From assembly GCA_043811005.1 (NCBI GenBank), contig JBDRNO010000145.1, positions 6,008 to 70,007 of the forward strand: DNA of 64,000 nt. The letters are read 5' to 3'. The stretch's first letter is position 1. Every line of letters starts with the position of its first letter. The notes beneath the pieces are model-generated. The model worked only from the letters and a program-made list of their open reading frames with translations. It searched no databases and had not been told where the DNA came from. Positions 50,328 to 60,070 of this stretch are shown in pieces. The position numbers and the translations under genes are program-made. The DNA is from Bacteroidota bacterium (GTDB lineage: Bacteria; Bacteroidota; Bacteroidia; NORP154).

Positions 50328-53300
50328 GTGAAACGTTTATTTTATATATCATTGGTTTTTCTGCTTTTTTCCGGAGGAATATTGTCTCTGAAAACATCTT
50401 TTTCGCAAACCTACAATTTTGATAACTTTTCGGTGGAAGATGGTTTGGTGCAAACCCAGGTTCTTTCAATATGCCAGGACAGCAAAGGATACATCTGGTT
50501 CGGGACGAATAGTGGGGGAATAAGCATCTATGACGGCAATAAATTCAGCTCTCTTACTAAATCAGACGGATTGGTGGATAATGTTGTATACTCTATTATT
50601 GAGGGAAAAAACGGCAAAATGTTCATTGGCACTACAGGTGGTTTAAGTGTATATGACGGACATGGTTTCACAAATTATACGGAAACTGATGGGCTTCCGG
50701 ATAATATGGTATTTGCTGTGCTGGAAGATGCGGAAAACAATATCGTTTGGCTTGCTACCACAAAAGGTATTGCAAAACTTGTAGAAGGAAAGATAGAAAT
50801 GTTTGACGGAGGCCCGGCACTGAATGATGTTCACGTATTTACTCTATATAAAGATAAGGAAGGCAATATTTGGTTTGGTACTGTAAATAAGGGAGCTATT
50901 AAATATGATGGGAAGAGTTTTACTGTTTTTAATACCGAAAAAGGACTGACCCATTCTTTTGTATGGACAATTATTGAGGATAAGGATGGCAATATTTGGG
51001 TTGGAACTATAAAAGGTCTTAACATCATAAACAAAAATAATAAAGTAGAGGAAATAAGGATAAATCAAGCAGAATCTCAACGGACAATCACATCTTCAAC
51101 ATTATCAAAAGACGGAGATCTTTGGTTTGGAACTAAAGTGGGGGCTGTTTTCTATGATGGCAGTACGTTCAAAAATTACAGGGAGCAAAACGGGCTTAGT
51201 ACTAATGATATATGGTCAATAATGCAAGACAGGGAGGGCAATATATGGTTTGGAACTATGGGAAAGGGAGTTGTTAAATTCAGGTATAAAGGAGAAGTGT
51301 TTAAAAATTATAGCCGGAAGGATTCCCTTCCTAATGATATGATTCATGTCATTTTTGAAGACAGTAAAGGGGATTATTGGCTTGGTTCCGAATCAGGCAT
51401 TGCCAAGATGACAAACGGGCAAATTAAGGTATTTACCAGAAAGAACGAGGATAATATTAATCTGGGAATTGCCACTAATACATATTCCGTTGCAGAAGAC
51501 CGTTCGGGAAATCTGTGGTTTGCAACAAGAGGTAGTGGCTTGTTCAGATATGATGGTTCTGATTTCAAAAAATACACCATAAATGATGGATTGAATGATA
51601 ATCTTGTCTATTCTATTCTGATTGACAACAAAGGAACAATGTGGTTTGGTACTGCAAAAGGGGTATCAAAAATGGAGAATGGTGAAATATCTGAATTTGG
51701 AGAGATAACAAAAATAAATATTTGGACAATATTCCAGGATAAAGAAAATAATTATTGGTTTGCCACTGAAAAAGGTGCATCAAAATATGACGGTACGAGC
51801 ATGCAGTATTTTACCGGCAAAGACGGTTTTGTTGATGATAGGGTGCTGACAGTTTTGCAGGATAACCAGGGATATTATTGGTTTGCAACCGATGAAGGTG
51901 TATTCTGCTACGATTCAAAAAAATTCAAAAAAATCAGTCAGGATGACGGATTGAGCTTCAATAAAATTTACCTGCTGGTGATGGACAGGAATGGAGACCT
52001 GTGGATAGGAACAACCAAGGGCCTGGACAAATTAGATGTGGAAGCTTATCATTCAAGGAATGAGATTAAACTAATCCATTATGGCAAAGATGAGGGCTTT
52101 ATCGGTTTGGAGTGTAATAGTAATGCCGGCTATAGGGACAGTAAGGGACATTTGTGGTTTGGTACGGCAAAAGGGGTAACCATCTTTAATCCCGATTTGG
52201 AGACAACCAATACAGAGGAGCCATTAACAAGCATTACCAATATCCGCCTGGAATTTGAGGATTTTGATTGGACAGAATTTTACGATACGATTGACCTGGT
52301 AACGAAACTACCCGTGAACCTTACACTTCCCCACAATAAAAATCACCTTACGTTCGATTATATCGGTGTGAGCATGACCATTCCAAAAAAGGTGAAATAT
52401 CAGTACAAACTGGTTCCGTTAGAAGATTATTGGCTACATGCAACCGATAAAAATGAAGCCGTTTATTCTCATATTCCTCCGGGGGAATATACATTTATGG
52501 TAAAGGCGATGAATAATGACGGGCTTTGGAACAAGCAGCCGGTAGAGTTTCTTTTCAGGGTCCTGCCTCCCTGGTATCAAACGTGGTGGTTTTACACGCT
52601 TTGTGTTGTAGTTGCATTTGCCGGTGTTTATTCTTTTATAACAATAAGAATGCGTAATCTTCAAAAACAGAAAAGAGTGCTGGAGGAGAAAGTGCTTAAA
52701 AGAACAGCAGAATTAAGGAAAGAAAAGGAAAAAGTGGAGCAGAGTAATATAGAAATTAGTAAAAAGAACAAGATCATTGAGACAAAGAACAAAGACATCA
52801 CCGATAGTATCGCTTACGCCAAGCGCATACAAGAGGCAATTCTTCCCTTGGACAATGAAAGATTGCGGCATTTTCCAGAATCATTTATTCTTTTTAAACC
52901 TAAGGATATTGTAAGTGGTGATTTTTATTGGCTTACTAAAAAGGATGAAATTGCAATCATAGCAGCAGCGGATTGTACAGGACACGGGGTTCCGGGTGCA
53001 TTTATGTCAATGATCGGCAATTCACTATTAAATGAAATAGTAATTGAAAAAGGTAATACCAAACCGGCAAAGATATTAGATGCTATGAAAGAGGGTATTA
53101 TCAATGCCTTGAAGCAAAAGGGCGAATCCGGTGAACAAAAAGATGGGATGGATATTGGGCTACTCGCTTTGAATTATTCAAAAAATACTGCTGAGTTTGC
53201 CGGGGCATACAACTCCTTGCTCCTGGCAAGAAAAGGCGAGCTGGAAGAAATAAAAGCTGATCGTATGCCCATAGGAATTTTCGAGGATGATGGCGGAAAA

Positions 53301-53570
53301 AGATTTACTAATCAACTTATTGAACTCCAAAAAGGAGATACCCTTTACATTTTTTCTGATGGATATACAGACCAGTTTGGGGGTCATAAAGGGAAAAAAT
53401 TTAGGAGCAATCGATTTAAACAACTGATTCTTGACATACAACCCATGAGTATGGATGATCAAAAGGCATGTTTAGATAAAACAATAGAAGACTGGAAAGC
53501 TCACAATGACCAGGAAGGCAACATTTACGAGCAGTTGGATGATATATTGGTGATAGGTGTCAGGGTTTGA
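50328..53570 (+). CDS. Membrane sensor: periplasmic beta-propeller + Y_Y_Y + TM + SpoIIE/PP2C phosphatase
   Basis: Many D..G.IWFGT repeats, PPWYQTWWF TM, VSGDFYW, DCTGHGVPGA, FSDG, DDILV. Confidence 0.93.
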   Translation: MKRLFYISLVFLLFSGGILSLKTSFSQTYNFDNFSVEDGLVQTQVLSICQDSKGYIWFGTNSGGISIYDGNKFSSLTKSDGLVDNVVYSIIEGKNGKMFIGTTGGLSVYDGHGFTNYTETDGLPDNMVFAVLEDAENNIVWLATTKGIAKLVEGKIEMFDGGPALNDVHVFTLYKDKEGNIWFGTVNKGAIKYDGKSFTVFNTEKGLTHSFVWTIIEDKDGNIWVGTIKGLNIINKNNKVEEIRINQAESQRTITSSTLSKDGDLWFGTKVGAVFYDGSTFKNYREQNGLSTNDIWSIMQDREGNIWFGTMGKGVVKFRYKGEVFKNYSRKDSLPNDMIHVIFEDSKGDYWLGSESGIAKMTNGQIKVFTRKNEDNINLGIATNTYSVAEDRSGNLWFATRGSGLFRYDGSDFKKYTINDGLNDNLVYSILIDNKGTMWFGTAKGVSKMENGEISEFGEITKINIWTIFQDKENNYWFATEKGASKYDGTSMQYFTGKDGFVDDRVLTVLQDNQGYYWFATDEGVFCYDSKKFKKISQDDGLSFNKIYLLVMDRNGDLWIGTTKGLDKLDVEAYHSRNEIKLIHYGKDEGFIGLECNSNAGYRDSKGHLWFGTAKGVTIFNPDLETTNTEEPLTSITNIRLEFEDFDWTEFYDTIDLVTKLPVNLTLPHNKNHLTFDYIGVSMTIPKKVKYQYKLVPLEDYWLHATDKNEAVYSHIPPGEYTFMVKAMNNDGLWNKQPVEFLFRVLPPWYQTWWFYTLCVVVAFAGVYSFITIRMRNLQKQKRVLEEKVLKRTAELRKEKEKVEQSNIEISKKNKIIETKNKDITDSIAYAKRIQEAILPLDNERLRHFPESFILFKPKDIVSGDFYWLTKKDEIAIIAAADCTGHGVPGAFMSMIGNSLLNEIVIEKGNTKPAKILDAMKEGIINALKQKGESGEQKDGMDIGLLALNYSKNTAEFAGAYNSLLLARKGELEEIKADRMPIGIFEDDGGKRFTNQLIELQKGDTLYIFSDGYTDQFGGHKGKKFRSNRFKQLILDIQPMSMDDQKACLDKTIEDWKAHNDQEGNIYEQLDDILVIGVRV

Positions 53571-53572
53571 TT

Positions 53573-53628
53573 CGATGGAATGTTGGAATGTTGGAAAGAT
53601 GGAATATTGGAAAGATGGAGTGTTGGAA
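53573..53628. repeat. Left octamer tandem array, 7 units ending TGGAA
   Basis: cgatggaa tgttggaa tgttggaa agatggaa tattggaa agatggag tgttggaa. Confidence 0.9.
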
Positions 53629-53655
53629 TGATGATTAATGTAATTTAAAGTTTAA

Positions 53656-54786
53656 ATGAAACGGTTAACCTTCCTAATATTCATTGTACCAATGCTTGCT
53701 TTGGGACAAGAAAAACGTGGATACATTGACGAAAATGGATGGAAACAAGGAGTTTTCAAGGAATATTATTCTAATGGAAATGTAGAATTTATTCGAACAT
53801 ATAGAAATGATACTTTAAATGGCTTTTTAGGGTGTTATCACAAAGATGGCAGCAAGAAAAGTGAAGAATACCGAAGAAATGGAGAAATAGATAGTATTTG
53901 CATTGAATACTACTATGGAAGCAATATAGTGGAAAAGAAAAGTTTTTATAAATCGGCAAAAAAAAATGGTGAATTTATTTACTATTATGAAAGCGGGAAG
54001 ATCAGTTACAATGCAACTTTTCAAAATGACACTTTAGTTGGTAATGAAACCTATTTCTTTGAAAATGGAAAAATTCAAGCTTCAGGAAACCGAAGAAATG
54101 GAACATGGAAAGCTTATTGTTCCAATGGACAATTAACATTAGAACAAAAATTCAGAAATAGCAGATTAGTTGGTGAAACAAAACTATATGCTGATGACGG
54201 TAAATTATTGATTCCAACTTTTATTAAAGAGAAAGAAATTAAATCAGACACTTCAATTATTAATGAAACAGACTTAAAAGTGTTCATCTTATTTGACCAG
54301 TACAACAAAAAAGACAGATTACTTAAATTTAGAGAATCTTTGTTCTATGGTGCAAAAGTTTGTAAAAAAGAAAATTTAATAATACAGATAGGCAGAGAAA
54401 TTTTTATTGTAAAAAGAAATGGAGTAGAAATTCATGAAACTTTAGAGGTGAATTGTGAGAATGAAATTGAAACCAAAAAGTATGGTATTAACAGAGAGGT
54501 CAAGGAATTACCAAGTGGTAAAAGGGATGTCAAATACGTAAATGAAAAAATAATTCATAAGATTGGATTGGGAAATCTGGAAGTAGAAAGAAAACGATTG
54601 AAATGTGATGATACCGGGACAAATCCTATAACAATTTATAGAAACGGAAAAAAATTAGAATTCAAAGAAATTGATAACTTGCAATTCTTTGAATTTGACA
54701 CGGATTCAAACGGGAAAAATGAACTATATGTATTAACATATCGAAGCTGTAGCGGTCTTTTGAGAATTTATAAAATAGATGAATAA
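53656..54786 (+). CDS. Exported MORN-variant repeat protein (YwqK-like)
   Basis: Signal peptide; repeats KQGVFKEYYSNG, NGEFIYYYESG, YFFENG. Confidence 0.8.
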   Translation: MKRLTFLIFIVPMLALGQEKRGYIDENGWKQGVFKEYYSNGNVEFIRTYRNDTLNGFLGCYHKDGSKKSEEYRRNGEIDSICIEYYYGSNIVEKKSFYKSAKKNGEFIYYYESGKISYNATFQNDTLVGNETYFFENGKIQASGNRRNGTWKAYCSNGQLTLEQKFRNSRLVGETKLYADDGKLLIPTFIKEKEIKSDTSIINETDLKVFILFDQYNKKDRLLKFRESLFYGAKVCKKENLIIQIGREIFIVKRNGVEIHETLEVNCENEIETKKYGINREVKELPSGKRDVKYVNEKIIHKIGLGNLEVERKRLKCDDTGTNPITIYRNGKKLEFKEIDNLQFFEFDTDSNGKNELYVLTYRSCSGLLRIYKIDE

Positions 54787-55192
54787 AAGAAAAAATATTA
54801 ATCGTGGATTTAAGAAACTTCGGGTGTGGCAGGATGCCGTTACACTATATGTTTTAGCTTGTAAAATATTATCTAAATTTCCGTTTGAACTAAAAAAGGC
54901 AGCTGCTAACAGTATTGATGCGTCACACAGCATTTCGCGAAATATAGCGGAGGGGAATTGTAGAAGAAGTATTAAGGAATATTTAAATTATCTGAATATA
55001 TCACTTGCATCATGTGGTGAATTTCATTCTTCTTATTGTAGCTTTTATCAGGCAAAACAAATCACAGAAGATGAATTCGAACAACTTGATGAACTGCATT
55101 ATAAAGTTGAGAACCAACTGCTAAAACTTATTGAATCGCTACAAAAGAAACAGAAAATTGGAGATTGGGAGGATACTTTTTATCAGAGTTAA
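54779..55192 (+). CDS. Four-helix-bundle protein (23S rRNA IVP / TIGR02436-like)
   Basis: FKKLRVWQ, SISRNIAEG, YLNISLASCGE motifs. Confidence 0.9.
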   Translation: MNKRKNINRGFKKLRVWQDAVTLYVLACKILSKFPFELKKAAANSIDASHSISRNIAEGNCRRSIKEYLNYLNISLASCGEFHSSYCSFYQAKQITEDEFEQLDELHYKVENQLLKLIESLQKKQKIGDWEDTFYQS

Positions 55193-55296
55193 TTCCACTG
55201 TTCCAACATTCCATCATTCCATCATTCCATCTTTCCATCTTTCCATTATTCCATCATTCCAATATTCCATCATTCCAATATTCCAATATTCCAATT
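55193..55296. repeat. Right octamer tandem array, 13 x TTCCANNN, reverse complement of the left array
   Basis: ttccactg ttccaaca ttccatca ttccatca ttccatct ttccatct ttccatta ttccatca ttccaata ttccatca ttccaata ttccaata ttccaatt. Confidence 0.92.
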
Positions 55297-55360
55297 AGGT
55301 TGTGGCTTGTAGGGCTTATAATGTATAAAATTGCGTTTTTATTGCAAGTAAGCTCCGCCA

Positions 55361-58300
55361 TCACACCGGCCATTCCCTCGGCTTATCATAGCCCTTAATT
55401 TTAGCATATTCCCTTGCCTGGTGCATGAACGCCTCAAGCCGTGTTTCAATACCGGTATCGTCCTGGCCATCATAAGCAATATTTTCCCATGGAATATTAT
55501 CGTGGTCTTTTCTAAAGACATGGGAAACCGACTCTATGAGTGTCCCGGGCAAGCACGAAAAGGGCAGGATATTAACAATGCCCGAGATCCCTGTATTAGT
55601 GAGACCCGCTGCAGACCCGATCGCAATTGCAGGGTCTCCATCGTAATCTTTATGGACATAAGGCCCGCATAGGTCAAGCATCTCTTTTACGGGGATTTCC
55701 CTCTCCAATTCAGCAGCATCTCCAATTGCATTATGATACTTTTTGGCTGAGACGCTCTGTGAGAATTGCTGGGTTTTTGACTTAAAGAGCCCTTTTATAT
55801 CCCTTTTCCATATACTGTCCCTTGTATAGCGGTAGGTTGAATAGGAAATCCATTCAGCAAAAGGCGCAATAAGCGTTTCAGCGCCCATCTCTTCAAGCTT
55901 CTGTACAAGAAAACCGCTGCAGTATGGATTATCCCGCATAAATATCTCACCCACAATAGAAACAACGGGTTTTCTTATACCATTGGCAACTTTAATTCCC
56001 TTAAATGCCTTTGCTGCCTGTTTAAGAACTTCTGCAAGGTCCTTAGTGCCTCTCTCAACAGAGGATATCACCTCTTGAAGCCAGTGTTGATATACCCTGT
56101 CGGTCTCTCCTTTAACAACTTCGTAAGGTCTTCTCTCCTGCAGTAATTTGCGAAGCAGGTCAATCGCAACAAAACCCTTCCATGCACCAAAGCGGAATTT
56201 CGTTCCTTTACCACCTGAAATATCTTCGTAAGAATTTTCGTCACTGGGAGAAATAAGATTAACATCATGAAAACCAGCCCGGTTAAAAATTATCTTCTGC
56301 AGTTTATTATATTGACCAAAACGGCAGGGTCCATTGTGGTCTGGCATGAAAAAACTTACTTTCTTAGGGTCGCAACCCGGTTCCATCAGCTTTTTCAGAA
56401 AACTGCCTGTTGTGCATATCATAGGGAAACACTCCCTGGATGAGGTGTATTTTCTGCCAAGTTCAATATCTGTTTCATCCTGTTTGGGTAAAACCTCCGC
56501 ATGGATACCGCAACTTCGGCATGCGGCAGCCATAGCATACCCGCCATCGCACATATAGGGGACATAAAGCACTCTGTCTGCAGTAGGCGCGGAAAGCAAT
56601 TTGCCCGGGCGATAGATCTTTTCTTTTTCTATATTAACCTTCCGGTATCCTTTAAGACTGTCAAGAAAAGCTTCGCACCTGGTGAGCATACCCGCATCAG
56701 CGCTGTGTTCATCAACTTCGATCTGAAGATATGGCTTTCCACGCATCTCTTCACGCACATAATGGGAAAGGAAGGAATCAGGACCGCACTTGAAATTACC
56801 GAGATAAACAGCATGAAGACGGGCATCCTTGGCTATTATTCGTGAGCCGGAAATTATTTTCTGCCCGTTTGGCCAATACATCTTGGTGTAGTTATTAAAA
56901 ATATACTCGTTATCAAGTGGAAGAAAATCAACCGGTATGGGAAGAACATCCAGGTTGATCAGCTTTTCAGCGAGGCGAAGATTTAACTCCGGATCACCGG
57001 TATTGTATGGCCTGCCAAGAATAACAAGCGCCTCCTTGTCCTGCGGGAGATCGTTCAGCGCCTCTTGTCCCCTGATCTCAACAGCTCTCTCAAAGGCATC
57101 TTGTGCCTCGTCTGCTGACCTTATTGCTTTTACTACTTTTGATTTGGAAATACCGAATTTTTCACTCATAAAGCGGGAGAGCTCTTTGTTCAGCATTCTG
57201 CCGGTATAACGAAAATGAAGTGTCGGGATCAGGAGCTTTTCTTTATCTTTATTATCTGCGAGAGCCGCACGTATCATAAACGGATATGATTGTATCCATG
57301 GGCAGTTACAGTTACTTGTAGGATTATTCTTAGCTGCTTTTTGATTAACTATAAAGGGGGTAAAGACATAATCAACATTTTTCTTTAACAGGTCATGAAC
57401 ATGTCCATGCATGATCTCCACCGGCAAGCACGTCTCGGTAGCCAGTAGTTCAAGCGATTTTGCGACCATCGGGCGGTCGGTAGGGGATGACAGGACGACA
57501 TGAAAGCCCAGTTCACGGAAGAAAGTGCGCCAAAAAGGAAATTGCTGGTAAAAGATAGAGAGTCCGCGCGTGATACCAATAGTTATCCTGTTATTTTTTG
57601 CCTCCTTTTCATAGTCACCTAAAAGCAGCTTCAGGCGTTCTTCAAAAAGATTTGGAATATCCTTTCCTTTGCCCTTCCGCTCTTTTATCTCGAATTTTTC
57701 GCAACGCCCTCCATAAAAAAGAGATTTTTTGCTTCCTTCGATCTTTACTCTCCGTATTTCACACCGGTTAGAGCATGGTTCTTTTTTGTCATTAAACTTT
57801 GCCTTACATGTGAATTTATCTATTGAAAATGATGTTTTACTTATATTAAAGGTTTTAAATCGCGTTTTTGCACCAATTTCGTTATTCATCTTGTCTCTGG
57901 CGAGCATTGCTACACCAATAGCTCCGGTAACATCAAAATGAGGTGGTACGATTACCGGTTTCCCAAGGATTTTTTCAAAAGCGGCAACAACTGCCTTGTT
58001 GTTGGTTACACCCCCCTGAAAGAAAATTTTATTTCCAATACGCTTGTCGCCTACAACCTTCTGTAAATAATTTTGAACTATTGAGTATGCCAGCCCGCCA
58101 ACCAGGTCTTCTTTAGGAACACCTTTTTGCTGGTGTGAGTTAAGATCAGATTCCATAAAGACCGTACATCTGTCACCGAGCCGTACCGGCTTCTGTGCGT
58201 TAAGAGCCATCTTGCCGAACTCTTCTTTAATGTTTATCTTAAGCTTTTCTGCCTGCTCTTCCAAAAAGGAGCCGGTTCCTGCCGCACAAACCTTGTTCAT

Positions 58301-59623
58301 CTCGAAATCTACGACAACACCGCTTTCAACACTTATATACTTTGAATCCTGTCCCCCGATCTCAAAAATGGTATCAACTGATTGGTCATAATAAATAGTA
58401 GCTGTAGCTTGTGCGGTGATCTCATTTTGGATGATGTCGGCACCGATGAAATCTCCTGTCAGGTAACGACCCGAGCCTGTTGTCCCGGCAGCTTTTACTT
58501 CTACTTTATCCCCAACCTCTTCATAGATCTCGGATAAGCCACTTTGTATTGCATCAAGGGGTTTGCTTGCTGTTGGCAGATACCTTCGTGCAACCACATT
58601 GTTCTCATCATCAATTAAAACCACGTTGGTGCTAAGGGAGCCGACATCGAGACCGAGGTAAACACCGAGTTTCTCACTTCCGTTCCATTTAAGGACTATA
58701 TTATCCGGATACCTGTTACCGGACAATTTCAGCGGTTCCAGGTGAGAGCTGTCAGGTTTTTCATTAGTAAGATAAATATTAAGCTCTTTCAATCCCTTAA
58801 AAGGTTTTTCTGCCCCGGGAGGATGGTCGAGGATGTGAAACAGAGCGCCAATAGCGCCCATTGAGGCATGGTATTTCGGAATTATTAGATCGTCTTCCTT
58901 CAGGTTAAGGATTTCCCTGAAAGCACGAACCACACCGGCATTGGCAGCAACCCCTCCCTGGAAGATCACTGGTTTGGCAAGCTCTTTACCACGAGCCATA
59001 ATGCTCTTAAAATTACGGGCTACCGCAAAACACAAGCCGGCTACAATATCATGAACAGGTGTGGCAATCTGCTGGAGATGGATCATATCACTTTTGGCAA
59101 ACACACTGCACCTTCCGGCAATGTGTGGCGGGTTTTCCGATTTAAGGGCTAATTCGCCAAATTCATTTTCAATTGACACACCAATTCTTTTTGCCTGCTG
59201 GTCAAGGAAAGAGCCGGTGCCGGCTGCACAAAGGGTGTTCATAGCGAAATCAGACAAGCTGGATTTATGATCGACCTCTTTTCCTTCCATAAGTATGAGC
59301 TTGGAGTCCTCTCCACCTATTTCAATGACCGAATTGGCTTTGGGATATAAAACAGCTACGGAAGAGGATTGGGCAATTATCTCATTCACAAAATGACCCC
59401 CGATAAACTCTGCCGCAAGCTTGCCCCCGGTGCCGGTTATGGCTGTAATACCAATCTTTTCCGTCCCGTGTGACTCTATGATCTCTGAAAGGATATCTTT
59501 TAAAACAAGAAATGGCTTGCCGTGACAATAATTATAGCGATTCTCAACTATGTTCCTGTCTTTATCAATCAGTACCGTGTTGATTGATATAGAGCCGATA
59601 TCTAATCCTAAATGTAACTTCAT
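55361..59623 (-). CDS. Fused 2-hydroxyacyl-CoA dehydratase activator-like protein (two BcrAD/BadFG ATPase modules + DUF2229-like regions)
   Basis: Two sets of GLD.GS, EIGG.DSK, CAAGTGSFL and RC.VF motifs; CGPDS, PFSCLPG. Confidence 0.9.
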   Translation of the reverse strand: MKLHLGLDIGSISINTVLIDKDRNIVENRYNYCHGKPFLVLKDILSEIIESHGTEKIGITAITGTGGKLAAEFIGGHFVNEIIAQSSSVAVLYPKANSVIEIGGEDSKLILMEGKEVDHKSSLSDFAMNTLCAAGTGSFLDQQAKRIGVSIENEFGELALKSENPPHIAGRCSVFAKSDMIHLQQIATPVHDIVAGLCFAVARNFKSIMARGKELAKPVIFQGGVAANAGVVRAFREILNLKEDDLIIPKYHASMGAIGALFHILDHPPGAEKPFKGLKELNIYLTNEKPDSSHLEPLKLSGNRYPDNIVLKWNGSEKLGVYLGLDVGSLSTNVVLIDDENNVVARRYLPTASKPLDAIQSGLSEIYEEVGDKVEVKAAGTTGSGRYLTGDFIGADIIQNEITAQATATIYYDQSVDTIFEIGGQDSKYISVESGVVVDFEMNKVCAAGTGSFLEEQAEKLKINIKEEFGKMALNAQKPVRLGDRCTVFMESDLNSHQQKGVPKEDLVGGLAYSIVQNYLQKVVGDKRIGNKIFFQGGVTNNKAVVAAFEKILGKPVIVPPHFDVTGAIGVAMLARDKMNNEIGAKTRFKTFNISKTSFSIDKFTCKAKFNDKKEPCSNRCEIRRVKIEGSKKSLFYGGRCEKFEIKERKGKGKDIPNLFEERLKLLLGDYEKEAKNNRITIGITRGLSIFYQQFPFWRTFFRELGFHVVLSSPTDRPMVAKSLELLATETCLPVEIMHGHVHDLLKKNVDYVFTPFIVNQKAAKNNPTSNCNCPWIQSYPFMIRAALADNKDKEKLLIPTLHFRYTGRMLNKELSRFMSEKFGISKSKVVKAIRSADEAQDAFERAVEIRGQEALNDLPQDKEALVILGRPYNTGDPELNLRLAEKLINLDVLPIPVDFLPLDNEYIFNNYTKMYWPNGQKIISGSRIIAKDARLHAVYLGNFKCGPDSFLSHYVREEMRGKPYLQIEVDEHSADAGMLTRCEAFLDSLKGYRKVNIEKEKIYRPGKLLSAPTADRVLYVPYMCDGGYAMAAACRSCGIHAEVLPKQDETDIELGRKYTSSRECFPMICTTGSFLKKLMEPGCDPKKVSFFMPDHNGPCRFGQYNKLQKIIFNRAGFHDVNLISPSDENSYEDISGGKGTKFRFGAWKGFVAIDLLRKLLQERRPYEVVKGETDRVYQHWLQEVISSVERGTKDLAEVLKQAAKAFKGIKVANGIRKPVVSIVGEIFMRDNPYCSGFLVQKLEEMGAETLIAPFAEWISYSTYRYTRDSIWKRDIKGLFKSKTQQFSQSVSAKKYHNAIGDAAELEREIPVKEMLDLCGPYVHKDYDGDPAIAIGSAAGLTNTGISGIVNILPFSCLPGTLIESVSHVFRKDHDNIPWENIAYDGQDDTGIETRLEAFMHQAREYAKIKGYDKPREWPV

Positions 59624-59842
59624 CTCTTTTTTCTAATAATTTTTAAAGTATTTGCTTTTTTGCAATTAACAATCAGGTTCTGGGCTCTGGGTTCTGGTGT
59701 TGTGGTTTTTTACACAACCCCAAAATCAGCACATACCTCCCAGCACACAGTAACCAGCAACATTATCTTATTTATATTTAACTCAATTCAATATAAATTC
59801 TTTTTTCAACTTACAAAGATAATATTGTTTACTGATAAATAT

Positions 59843-59874
59843 TTTGTAAAGGAATATAAATCGGGTTATATTTG
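59843..59874 (+). promoter_or_regulatory. Bacteroidota sigma-70 promoter of the tRNA locus
   Basis: TTTG (59843-59846), 20-nt spacer, TATATTTG (59867-59874). Confidence 0.7.
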
Positions 59875-59888
59875 CACCTTCTTTCAAA

Positions 59889-59952
59889 GGGCGGTTAGCT
59901 CAGTTGGTTCAGACCCTCCCGATCCGCCAGCTGGCGGATCGGGAGGGTCTGA
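59889..59952 (+). pseudogene. Truncated tRNA 5' fragment running into a 44-bp perfect palindrome
   Basis: gggcggttagctcagttggttcaga matches the downstream tRNA-Val 5' end at 23/25; palindrome 59909-59952. Confidence 0.75.
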
Positions 59953-59978
59953 GGTTGTTGAAGAAGATAGAATATTAT

Positions 59979-60053
59979 GGGCGCTTAGCTCAGCTGGTTC
60001 AGAGCACCTGCCTTACAAGCAGGGGGTCACAAGTTCGAATCTTGTAGCGCCCA
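59979..60053 (+). tRNA. tRNA-Val(TAC)
   Basis: Acceptor GGGCGCT/AGCGCCC, anticodon arm cctgc-ctTACaa-gcagg, TTCGAAT T-loop. Confidence 0.96.
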
Positions 60054-60070
60054 CCTTCCATTTCTCCTAG

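Noticed and set aside
53656-54786. Toxin-antitoxin pair suggested by the YwqK-like label
   Set aside because: The protein has a signal peptide and no toxin is adjacent; MORN-variant repeats alone do not imply antitoxin function
53656-55192. Diversity-generating retroelement, given the Avd-like fold
   Set aside because: No reverse transcriptase and no TR/VR pair differing at adenines seen in the window
55193-55296. Octamer arrays as a CRISPR array
   Set aside because: Units are 8 bp with no unique spacers, and no cas genes are in the window
55165-55398. 77-aa ORF
   Set aside because: Translation of the octamer array (IPSFH-type periodicity); not a credible protein
59660-60070. 136-aa ORF
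   Set aside because: Runs across the promoter, palindrome and tRNA-Val; spurious
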